This document shows positions 51,406 to 64,000 of a DNA stretch of 64,000 nucleotides, in pieces; position 1 is the stretch's first letter, and each line of letters starts with the position of its first letter. The position numbers and the translations under genes were made by a program. The notes under the pieces were generated by a model. It saw only the letters and a program-made list of their open reading frames with translations, searched no databases and was not told where the DNA came from. This DNA comes from Squalus acanthias (Eukaryota), in contig JASTWF010000364.1 of assembly GCA_030390025.1 (NCBI GenBank), positions 372,001 to 436,000 of the forward strand. Reading direction: 5' to 3'.

Positions 51406-54400
51406 GGGCTCGATTTTGCCATTGGAGTCAGGCTGGGGCGTGTCAGGTGGTTTTCATGTCAGGACCCCGACTCCGATGTGAAGTGGGAAAAAAGTGCGAT
51501 TTTCCCCTAATTGGGCACCTGATTTCCAGCATGTGGGAATCCCTGGCCCAATGAGTCTTTCCATACAGAAAGTCACCTCCGATGACATCACCAGTGCTGC
51601 TGGATTTAAGGCCTGCAAGCAGCCTTGCTTCTTCTGGAGACTGGAAACGCTTTGGACATTGTATGAAGGACTTCATTTACCGACCATGTCCACCAGCAAG
51701 CAAAAGTGTGCACCTCGCTTTGATGAGCCCTCCCTCCAAGCTCTGGTGCACAGAGCCAGCTGTAATAAGGAGGTGCTCTTCCCTTCCACAGGGAGAAAAA
51801 AGCCACCCCAGCAGACTAAAGCTGTGTGGCTGCAAGTGGCCCAGGTCAATGCCATCTCTATGTGCCGCAGAACCTGGCTGCAGTGCAGGAAGAGGTTTCA
51901 TGACCTTCTCCGAACAGGAAAAGTGAGTATGACTTTCTCATCACCCTCAATCTCATCCCCATCACCTCTCCTCACCAGCACTCTGCTTTGCCAACCTCTT
52001 CCTCCACATCCCACTTGACACTGACATCCCTGCACCCTTACCCATTTCCTCTCTCTCTCTATGGTCACATTCACTTAACTATTCGACCATGCAGCCATCA
52101 CACTCCCCATCACTGTGATGCAATGACAACTTACAACATACAGGGAGGGCCCTTTGTCTCCTTCTAAGCATCTATGCTATGGATTCTCTACACTCACTCC
52201 TTCATTCTCACTCAAACTCCACTTGTCTCCCTCATTGCAGGAAAAGAGAGCTCACAATAAGAGGGAAAGAGCAAAGACAGGAAGAGGGCCACCCTCAGTA
52301 GCCCAGCTCACCCCCTGGGAGGAGGCGGCCCTGGAAATTGCCGGGATCGAGGAGGATTCCCAAGTGGGGGACAGACAGACGGGCGCATCGCAGCAAGCTG
52401 GTGACAGAATAGTTTGGCATCTCTTTCATTGACATTGCATGAGTGACTGATAATGATTCTGATGCTCTAACAGATTGACATATCATCTGCACAAGTCAAT
52501 GTGCATGCAACCTTTACCTCACATCTCTAACTCTTTCCTTTACTCCCCCACAGGACCATCGAGAGCCCCCGTCCCCACTGTCCAGGAGGAAAAGAGCCTG
52601 AGCTTCCAGACTCCTCAGAGGAAGCTGCAACCTCTGAGACGCAGCATCAGCAGAATTCAGCGCTCCCAGCACCAGCGCAGAAACTCACACCTCGGTGGGA
52701 CCTTCGGGACAGAGTAGTGTTGTCACCTGGTGTATCACAGCTCACAAGTGAGCATCAGCAGATGGTGGAGACAGGGACAGCAGTGGAGAGTCCTCGTCAC
52801 AGAGGAGAGGACGCTCCCAGCTCGGGCCGCTGCACGTCGACCCTGTGCCTCAAGGTCCATCCAGAAGGAGAGCGGTGCTGGAACTCCAGGAACAGGTGCA
52901 GGAGTCACTGGCAGGTTTTGTCTCCAGGGTCGCTGCGAGTGTGGAGCGAATGGAGGAGTCCATCGCTAACATGAGCAGAGCCTTTGTGGAGGCGTTGGCG
53001 CATGAACGCATCACCACGGAAAGGATGGCAACCTCCGTGGAAAGGATGGCTACCTCCGTGGTAAGGCTTAGTCGCCAGGGTATGGAAAACATGGTAACTG
53101 TTCAGAACAGACTGACATCTCTTGAGGAGTGATGGTCAGCTATTGAGCAGAGAAACCAGACCTTCATGCAAGTCCTCTGGAGTAGGACTTCCAGTGCAGA
53201 AACGGGTCCTCGTGGCCCCCCTGCAGGGCAGCAAGGTGCTGTCCAGCCACTTGCTAGCTCTGAAGTGGGGCTGACCCATGAGAGGGATGTTGGTGGCATT
53301 CAACAAGGAAGTGGGGGCTCCTCTCCAAGCGCTCACACGACCATGCCACTGCAGAGCCCTCGGTCAGAGCCCCACCAGAGTCCCCACCCAACTGAGCTGG
53401 GCATCTCAGCCCCTGCACAGCCACAGGAGCAGCAGACTGTTGGCAAGCCCACATAGGTTCACCACCCCAGAGGACGCCCGCCAAAGGCGTCGAGATAGGA
53501 GCAGCAAGATAGTGAGCAAGGGGCCTCCACATCTGCTGAAGCCACAGGGGAAGCACCACGTAGGAGCACGCGTAAGAGGAAGATAAAGCACAAGTAGTCA
53601 CAAGGGTAGTTACTTGGGTGCTGTGTTGTTTTGTTGTTGGACCAGCCATCATTGTGATTGTATTATAAAGTGTTTTGATGGCAAACTGTTGAAGTTGTGG
53701 CTTGTCATTTCGCAAATGGGACTTTCACATCGAGGGCTTAGGGCGCCTTGCGATTGTCAGAATGGTGGTCAGAGTGATAGGATTCCGCAGGTTCTTGTCC
53801 ATTGTCGATGCTCTGGTAAGATGGAGCGAGACTAAAGTGTTTAATTGTGTAGGCTCACCAAATCTCGCCAAGATGAGTGCGTCCCTTGCATCCCGGGCAG
53901 CAACGTTGTCGCGCGCTGGCGCCTTCTGCCCTGTGCAGCGTCAGGTGGGTGAGCAGCAGCTTGGCGCTCCTGCTGTTGTTCATGGTTCTGCTGCTGCCGC
54001 GGCTGGTCTGCGTTCGAATCTGATGTCCAGGAGGAAAGGAATTAAATGGTCGCTATGCTTCTGGTATATGCCTCAGTTGAGGAAGCGCTCAGTCAAGGTG
54101 GGGAGAGGGGTTTCCCAGGAGGCCACACTGGAGATGGGTGTCAGGCTTCAAACTTCCACAACAATGAGTAGGCCTGCTAAAAGTTCCCCCAGACCTGAGA
54201 CAACAAAGTTCTGCCTCCTGCAAATGATCATTGGTGAAAACTCCTTTGTAATGGTGGCGCTGCAGCTGTGAGTAAGCAATCCACTTGTGAGGCCACCAGG
54301 ATTACCTGGCGTGTTCGAGGAGGCGTGTAGGATGGGGGAAATGTCTAAAAATCGGAAAGGCCTTAAAATGGGATAATAGAGGCAATTAATGGTTAAGGGC

Positions 54401-54580
54401 CTTAAGTGCCGAAGAAGCGGGATGGAAAGGGGGTCAGAAAACACATTTGGGAAAATTGCGCGGAGGTGGGATGGAGTGGGGGAGGGGCAGAAAAAAAACA
54501 GGCCCGCCTGCCATTTTTGCCGATTTTAACAACTTGCACACCTCCAAATCCGCCTCCTCAGGGCTGGTAAAATCCAGCCC
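51406..54580. mobile_element. Duplicate Harbinger B
   Basis: Copy of 17657-20833 with the same TIRs. Confidence 0.8.
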
Positions 54581-55323
54581 ATTAAGTGAGACGATGTATT
54601 CCACAACCACGGTGAAATCGAGACTAGGGAAGAAGTGCTCTTGGAGCTCAGACACCTGAGCTTTTGTTCTAACCTGGAAGAATGTGTGTGGTTTGAACCA
54701 GATACATCATGTGTGAAGTCTAGGCCGTGATCTTAAAACCAGAGCCAGGTCGTTCAGGAGAGAAGTTAGGAATCACTTCTTCACGCAAAAGGTGGTAGAA
54801 GTGTGGAACCGTCTCCCACAAAAGCCAGATGCTAGCTCAATTAGTAATTTTAAATCGGAGATCGATAGATTTTTGCTAGTCAAGGGTATACAAGGGATAT
54901 GGAGCCAAGGTGGGTAAATTGAGTTTGGATACAGATCAGCCATCAGCTGGCGATAGAGCTCTGATCGGCATTTTAGCGCCATCTCCTGGCTCCAACATGT
55001 GGCACTAAACACATGAATTTCACCCCCGACATGCAGAGTTACCCTGGCAAGGATACAGGACATGGAGGGAGAATAGTTACTCCATCACAACCAACTTGAA
55101 CACTTGCACTCATGGTGTGCATAAATGCCCCAAATGGGGTTAAACACACTGGTACCCTTCAGAGGGTTGGAAATTTAAATAAAGATAGAAAATTGGAAAT
55201 TCCAAAATTTTAAGGTGGATTCTAAGTCAACACTAAAATTCAAACAGTTAATGCCCAGGAGAAAGAGCCATCTGATTAATATCCACAACACAGACAGGAA
55301 GAGAATACTGGACGATAATATAT

Positions 55324-56344
55324 TGTAAAGTTTCCAAAATTTGCAGATCCCCAAAAATCTAAGGGAAAAAAATAAGGACTTGGGAACTTTAAAGGAACAT
55401 GTCTGGACATGTACAGCACGTGGATCTACCTCTGTAAATAGCAGTTTTGAGGAGTGCATTGTCTGGGAATTCAAACCCCAGCAAACATTAACATTTGGAC
55501 AATAGGCCCTGGGAGAAGGCCGCCCCACCCAAAACACAGAACCCATTCAAGAGACGCATAAAGATAGGAATGCTAGGCCCAGCAAGAAACCCAAAACATG
55601 AGAACAATGCAAACTTCCATAAAACAACAGATCAACAGGACGCAAGCCATTTGACTCAGTAAAAGCTGTTACTGGTAACGAGGTTTTTCAATTGACCAGG
55701 ATTTGATTTGGTTCAGCATAGTTGATGGCCCATCAAAATTTAACAAGACAATGGACAGGCCTCACCTCAAACCAATTCACTTCATCACGAAACCAGTTAT
55801 CGTGAGGAGTTTTGGGAGGGCGGGGGGGGGGGGGGGGGGGGCGAAAAGGACTATAATTGCAGCATGACCCAAGACTTCTTTCTCTTTTGGACACGCTGGA
55901 ACAACTCTCCCTCTCAGCTCTTCCCAGAAGCCGCATGTTAAAGGAAGACACTCGATGACCAGAACCACCATCAACTTACCTGGCTGGATTTCGCACTGTT
56001 AAAACTCCTGTTTGGTGAGCATTATCCCTGATCTCCTGAAACCGAAACCTAGCTAGATAGTGGGATTTTTGGGAGGGATAAAGGTTTTTCTTGTATATTG
56101 TCATGCTCCCTCTCCTGTAACCGTGTGTTCCCCAAACCTGTTTAAGTGTGAAGTGTGTTTTAAGTTTGTTACCTTTTATTTTTAATAAAAGTTAAAACTC
56201 TTTCATTGGAACCTGTGGTCTACTGCATCTTTATTCACAACCCCGAAATAAGTCCAAGTTTTGAACCTGGGGCGTGGGAGCGATTCGAACCGCTCACTGA
56301 GTCAGGGGAAAGGCTGACCCCTACCACCACCACCACCCCCGACA
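55324..56344 (+). mobile_element. Duplicate solo LTR-B
   Basis: ATAT|TGTAAAG...CCCCGACA|ATAT; copy of 21577-22585. Confidence 0.8.
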
Positions 56345-56698
56345 ATATCAGCCATCACCTGGACTTGTAGCGAAATCGGCTTGAAGGCCTTGCTCACCGT
56401 GCAATGCATTATCAAATGGGAAGAAGTTTGCGTGACAGTAGAGCGAGATGTAAACGCTGATTAAATAATGTTTAGTGTAGGACTTAAAATATCTACAGCC
56501 CAACAAGGGGGTGGGGGAAGTGGCTAGGAAATATTTAATCAGATGGTGCTGCTGTTGATCTGAGAGAGGGACGATACCTGAGCCATAGGATTTTGAGCGC
56601 TCTGGGTCCACGATGGGGTACAGCTTTAAGATATTGCATAAAATGTCACAATGACCAAGGCCAGGCAGGATAGTCTTAAGAAACCTTTAAAGGCAATT

Positions 56699-57102
56699 GG
56701 GGTACGGTCACATAGTGGTTATGTTACTGGACTACTGATCCAGAGACGTGAGTTCAAATCCCACCACGGCAGCTGGGGAATTTAAATTGTTAATTAAATA
56801 AATCTGGAATAAAAAGTTAGTATCAGTAATGGTGACCATGAAACTATCGGATTGACATAAAATCCCAACAGGTTAACTAATATCCTTTAAGGGAAGGAAA
56901 TCTGCCGTCCTTACCCGGTCTGGCCTATATGTGACTCCAGCAATGTGGTTGACTCTTAACTGCCCTCTGAAATTGCCTAACAAGCCATTCCCTTGTATAA
57001 GGCGGCTCACCATCACCTTCTCAGGGGCAATTAGAGATGAGCAATAAATGCTGGCCTTGCCAGCGATGCCCACACCCCGTGAATGAATAAAAAATAAAAA
57101 AA
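56699..57102 (+). mobile_element. Duplicate tRNA-derived SINE
   Basis: Copy of 22942-23344. Confidence 0.8.
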
Positions 57103-57417
57103 TGAAGGTCAAATCAGAATGACCCCCAGGCTGGAAGGATAAAAGACAGGGAAATAGTTTGGTTGGGAGGAGGTTGGAGAGGAAGGAGTTAAGCGTGAGA
57201 ATGTGTCAGGGATTGCAGCACAGAGAAAGGCCAAGACCCACCGCCATGGAGGAGATGCCGAGAGCATTCAGGACAGGACCAGACTGACCAAGATTCTGGA
57301 ACTGCAGCCAGAAACGAATCGGATCACGATGGATGAAAGTGGGCCAAGATACAGCCTTTGATGGAGACTGGTGTCGGGGGGATCCAGGGCAACAAACCCA
57401 CAGCCTATCCGGACTAG

Positions 57418-58981
<1,564 letters not shown>

Positions 58982-58987
58982 AAAATG

Positions 58988-60340
58988 GTCGGGAGGATCC
59001 AGGGCAACAAACCCACAGCCTATCCGGACTAGTTTGGTATTGCAAGAGGTATGACGATGTGGAGATGAACCTTCTGGTCTTTGAACAATGTGCTGAATGA
59101 GAAAAGTGGCCAGAAGAACAGTGGGCTGGGATTGCAGTAGGAGACAGCCAGAAGGCAAACTTTGACTTGAACTGACGGATGCAGCTGAAGGGGGAAATCC
59201 TGGCCCACTCCAGAGTGACCCCCAGGGTGGGGGTCTCCTGGCCCACTCCAGAGTGACCCCCAGGGTGGGGGTCTCCTGGCCCACTCCAGAGAGTGACCCC
59301 CAGGGTGGGGGTCTCCTGGCCCACTCCAGAGTGACCCCCAGGGGCTCTATGGTTTCAAGTCTGGACCCATGAAGTTGTGGAGGGGAGGGGGGGGGGGGGG
59401 GGGACAGATCTTGGTATGACCCGAGACACCCAGCACGGTGATGGTTACAGCCAGAGACAGATCATCCAACCTTTCAGAACGTGAAAACTGAAGTGGTATC
59501 GGTTAATGGACACCTGGTAGGAGGTACATTCAAAAAGGGCTGCTCCTTACTGTATAATTGAGAATGATTTGGTGTATAGCGAGCACGGGATAGGAGGTAG
59601 AACAAATCTTGGCTCCAAAACCCTTGACAGTTGGTATTAGACCAAGGTAGAAAAATCCCAGGAGAAAATCTACGCCAGGGATTTATAAAGAAGTTCTATT
59701 GTATTGCAATTCATGGCCGTTAATCCCCCTACCCATATCAATGTACCCTTCGAAAGAACTGTTCTGGACCTGGTGTGGCCTTTGGAATGCATTGTCAAGG
59801 GGTACCAGTATACTCTGCTGACAGTGGAGAGTGCCACCAGGTGTTCAGAGGCTACTCCCTTATGGAACACGGCATCAAAAGACATTTCCAGTGACCTGCT
59901 CAGAGTGTTTTCCAGGGTAGGAATTCCAAGAGAGACACTGACACTTCAGGGGAGTCTGTTTATCGCGTTTCAATAAAAATTTGTGAAGTATTCTAAAGAA
60001 AGTAGATCGGGCTGGCAGGAACCGAGGTGGCAGTTGGGCTCCTGCCACCGTTCAGCGGCTAATGGATGGGACGCTGAGGCCTCAAGCTCAGGACGGCGCT
60101 GGATAGCCACATATCGTGATGTGCAGTGCCACCCATCAGCGAAAATTAGGAGCAGTGCTGGATAGCTTAAGAAAGGCAGGTTCAATGGCCGACTATAGAA
60201 AGGCCATTTGGGTTTGTTGGAGGTGCGTTACTTAGGGTATGTCGTCGGGGGTGGACCAGTTAAGATCCAGCTTGACAAAAGTAGCAGCTATTGGGAAATG
60301 GCCCAGACCAGTGACAAAAACCCCAAGAACAAACTTCACA
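58988..60340 (+). mobile_element. Decayed Gmr1-like Gypsy LTR retrotransposon (gag, then integrase, then RT remnants)
   Basis: Gag-like DDVEMNLLVFEQCAE*EKWPEEQWAG. Integrase-like VPFERTVLDLVWPL...SRVGIPRETLTLQG at ~59740-59950 precedes RT-like HLGLLEVRYLGYVVGGG...VAAIGKWPRPVTK at ~60200-60320. Confidence 0.7.
59199..59343. repeat. 38-bp minisatellite (~3.7 copies) inside the gag remnant
   Basis: Unit CCTGGCCCACTCCAGAGTGACCCCCAGGGTGGGGGTCT. Confidence 0.92.
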
Positions 60341-61260
60341 GGGCCTCATCAGAGTAGTCAGAAACAGAGTGCAATGGTTGGGAATCGGGAGAGAGGGGAC
60401 CTCTCAATTAGGGCTCAGTGAAATTTAGTTTATCATTTGGAATATAACTTAGAACTTTAAAAACTAAAGAAACTGCAAGTTAGTCAACAGTTAACCAGCT
60501 ATAAGTGATTGCCTGAATAGGGGCAAACTACTGTAAGCAGGGAGCAGAGTCAGCACTTGTAACTTGCACAGGTTGTGTTTCTACTGCTACTGTAGAGGAG
60601 AGAAGGCCTCTGAGACTGAGGGAGGAGGAAGAGGAGGAGGAAGAGGTCTCTCCTGCTACTGCGCCTGGAGAGGGGAGGGAGGAGAGACAAGAGAAACAAG
60701 ACCAAAGGGAGCTATCCGACCATTGCCTCTGTAGAATCGATCTACATCAAAGTGAACAAGCTTGATGGACAGTATAATAGGAGCTTAAAGCTCGTTAATA
60801 CTGAACTCAGAAACTGACCAAGCCTGCTGTGGGCAATTAAAGAGAAGGCCCTCAGAAACTTAAACTGGAAGATCGCAGCTAACAAGGTCTGGGATTCAGT
60901 GAGCTGTATATTCAACCTGGTTAGCCAGACATGCCTTCCAAGAGAACCACTTGCCGTTTTAAAGAAGAAAAGCTCAGAGACATCAGAAGCAAGGAAATGC
61001 ATCAGTAAACGAAACCGCATATCGAAGGAGCTGCGGACATGTCTGCAAGAGTTTCGATAAGGAGCTATCAAAGTGCGAAACCACAGGAAACGTCTGGTAT
61101 CGGGTAAGGTGGTGTAGTCGGATAATAGAAGACAGCAAGAATAGCCCGGCCAGAGGTTAGATAGCCCGGCCAGAAGCTAGCCGCTACGGTCGACAGGAGT
61201 CACGATCTCCCTAGTCCCCCTCAGGTCGATCGAGGCGACATGGGCTCTGGCAGCCCGCCA

Positions 61261-63546
61261 GTACCAAATCTAGTGGGAGGATAGAGGATTGGGAAAACTT
61301 TAAAAGACAGCAAAAAATAACAAAAAGATTAAGAAAGGGAAGATAGATTATGAAAGTAAATTAGCAAAAAATATAAAAACAGATAGTAAGAGTTTTTATA
61401 GTTATATAAAAAGAAAAAGGGTGGCTAAAGTAAATGTTGGTCCCTCAGAGGATGAGACCGGGAAATTAATGGTGGGAAATATGGAGATGGCAAATACACT
61501 GAATGAATATTTTGTATCAGTCTTTACAGTAGAGGACACTAAGAATATCCCAACACTGGACAAACAGGAAGCTATGGGGGGGGAGAAAGGAGCTAAACAC
61601 GATCAAAATCACTAAGGAAGTGATACTCGGAAAATAATGGGACTCAAGGCGGATAAATCACCTGGACCTGATGGCTTACATCCTAGGGTCTTGAGGGAAG
61701 TGGCGGTAGGGATTGTGGATGCATTGATAATCATTTTCCAAAACTCCCTGGACTGAGCAAAGATCCCGGCAGACTGGAAAACTGCTAATGTAAGACCCTT
61801 ATTTAAAAAGGGCAGTAGACAGAAGGCTGGAAACTATAGACCGGTTAGCCTAACATCTGTGGTAGGTAAAATTTTGGAGTCCATTATTAAGGAGACAGTA
61901 ACGGGACATTTGGATAATCATAATTTAATAGGACAAAGTCAGCATGGTTTTATGAAGGGGAAGTCATGTTTGACAAATTTGCTGGAGTTCTTTGAGGAAG
62001 TAACGTACAGGGTGGATAAAGGGGAACCAGTGGATGTGGTGTATTTAGACTTCCAAAAGGCATTTGACAAGGTGCCACACAAAAGATTATTGCTTAATGT
62101 GGTAACACAATACAGCTTCCTGTGACTCGAACTTTATTGCATCACTTCCTGTGATTAGTCCAGGATAAATACGGGACTGATCAGTTGGATCCTGGAGAGG
62201 CATAGAGTAAGACCTCTTTTGTATGTAGCAGCTTTTTAGTTGATTAAAGCTTACTTTAAGTTCACCACGCGTAAGGCTCATTCTTACGACACTTAAGATT
62301 AAAAAAATCACGGGATTGGGGTAATATTCTGGCATGGATAGAGGATTGGCTATCTAGCAGAAGGCTCATTCTCAGACTGGCAATCAGTAACTAGTGGTGT
62401 TCCGCAGGGGTCAGTGCTGGGTCCCCAACTCTTTACAATCTATATTAACGATTTGGAGGAGGGGACCGAGTGTAACATATCAAAGTTTGCAGATGATACT
62501 AAGATGGGAGGGAAAGTAGTGAGTGAGGAGGACATAAAAAATCTGCAAGGGGACATAGACAGGCTAAGTAAGTGGGCAGAGATTTGGCAGATGGAATACA
62601 ATACTGGAAAGTGTGAGGTTATGTACTTTGGCAGGAAAAATAGTAGAGCAAGTTATTATCTAAATGGCAAGAAACTGGAAAGTACTGAAGTACAAAGGGA
62701 TCTGGGGGTCCTGGTGCACGAAACTCAAAAGGTTAGTATGCAGGTGCAGCAAGTGATTAAGAAGGCCAATGGAATGTTGGCTTTCATTGCTAGGGGGATA
62801 GAATATAAAAATAGGGAGGTATTGCTTCAGTTGTACAAGGTATTGGTGAGACCGCACCTGGAATACTGCATACAGTTTTGGTGTCCTTACTTAAGACGAC
62901 ATACTTGCTCTCGAGTCAGTACAAAGAAGCTTCACTCGGTTAATCCCGGGGATGAGGGGATGGACATATGAGGAGAGGTTGGGTAGATTGGGACTCTACT
63001 CATTGGAGTTCAGAAGAACGAGAGGCGATCTTATTGAAACATATAAGATTGTGAAGGGGTTGGATCGGGTGGATGCGGGAAGGATGTTCCCGATGATGGG
63101 TGAAACTAGAACTAGGGGGCATAGTCTTAGAATAAGGGGCTGCTCTTTCAAAACTGAGATGAGAAGGAACTACTTCACTCAGAGGGTGGTAGGTCCATGG
63201 AATATGCTGCCTCAAAAAGCTGTAGAAGCTACATCATTACATAAATTTAGAACAGAAATAGACAGTTTCCTAGAAGTAAAGGGAATTAAGGGTTATGGGG
63301 AGCGGGCAGGAATTTGGACATGAGTCTAGGTTCGGATCGGTCATGGCCCTTTGGGTAGCGTAGCGGGCCCAGGGGCCGTGTCGCCTGATCCTGCTCCTAT
63401 TTTGTGTGTCCAATTCTGTTAGATTCAGGAGATGGTTCCGTGATAGTAGATTGGCGGTTAGGATCAGATCAGCCATGATCTTATTGAATGGCGGAGCAGG
63501 CTCGAGGGGCCAATTGGCCTACTCCTGCTCCTATTTATGTTCTTAA
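61261..63546 (+). mobile_element. CR1 RT/3' region closely paralogous to 36279-39932 (no LTR-A; carries a small solo LTR)
   Basis: Near-identical sequence including a shared frameshift (LRRHTCSRVSTKK) and the same 3' UTR. Confidence 0.93.
62098..62291 (+). mobile_element. 194-bp solo LTR with 5-bp TSD CTTAA
   Basis: CTTAA|TGTGGTAA...TTACGACA|CTTAA; terminal inverted repeat 7/8; ATAAATA and ATTAAA inside. Absent at the paralogous site near 37123. Confidence 0.85.
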
Positions 63547-63686
63547 GCGACCTAGGGACCAAGACACGGTCCGAGGAGATGTGTCTTCCAGCCACAAACG
63601 GGGATCCAAACGACTGCGGCTATCCGTAGTCCGATTAATCCGATAGAAGGAAGTCACCGGACTTCCAATCCTTCAGGCGGGAAGAA

Positions 63687-63912
63687 TGACATGAATGTCA
63701 TTCATGAAAGAAAGACTTATGAAATAATACTGAGTGGCCTGTGGGTGGCGCTGTCCAGGGAGAGTATAAATACTCGGGCACGGGCCCAGCTTGCGCAGGA
63801 CATTCTTAACAGGAACTAGTGAAGGACACAACTAGACCGCCATGTTGTAAAACAGTTGATTAAACCTTTGTTTAACGCTTAAGACCAAGTGCCTAGTAGT
63901 TTTCTTACGTCA
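63687..63912 (+). mobile_element. Probable short 3' LTR preceded by a PPT
   Basis: AGGCGGGAAGAA|TGAC...TTCTTACGTCA with TATAAATA and GATTAAA inside. The end resembles the 62098 LTR (AGTTGATTAAA...TTCTTACGACA). Confidence 0.5.
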
Positions 63913-64000
63913 CGGGGTATAGTGGGTCTGCAGTTGGTGGGGGAATTAGCTCTAGAAAAGCAGGAAAGGAGGGCTGTAGAACAGTCTTCCCGGGCTGCCG

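Noticed and set aside
59199..59343. 38-bp repeats as CRISPR
   Set aside because: No unique spacers and no cas genes; simple minisatellite.

Overview
Vertebrate non-genic DNA, very likely shark/ray given the HE1-type V-SINE and the CR1 tails. It is built almost entirely of nested transposable elements. The main feature is the 3' part of an apparently young endogenous retrovirus-like element (1-7033) with no pol gene. It has an open gag (PSAPPSY late domains, CCHC knuckle) ending in a UGA-CUAG readthrough-type stop. That stop leads in frame into a 393-codon non-enzymatic ORF sitting where pol should be. An intact 783-aa env follows, with an Ig-like domain and a paramyxo/pneumovirus-F-like (lokiretrovirus-type) fusion module, then a PPT and a 1.66-kb LTR. 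Two solo LTRs of the same family lie at 8925-10572 and 37506-39037, and all three insertions have empty paralogous sites inside the window. A decayed relative carrying RNase H/integrase and a homologous env (24164-29685) is fused to a C2H2 zinc-finger exon and is a candidate helper lineage. A second LTR family shares the TATA motif and a U5 hairpin with a compensatory base change. The rest comprises CR1 LINEs, PIF/Harbinger transposons (one near-complete with transposase plus a 3-exon Myb/SANT gene), SINEs, a Gmr1-like Gypsy remnant, small solo LTRs and a ~17-kb near-identical duplication (7034-25224 vs 41910-58981). Family names come from motif recognition only; no searches were run.
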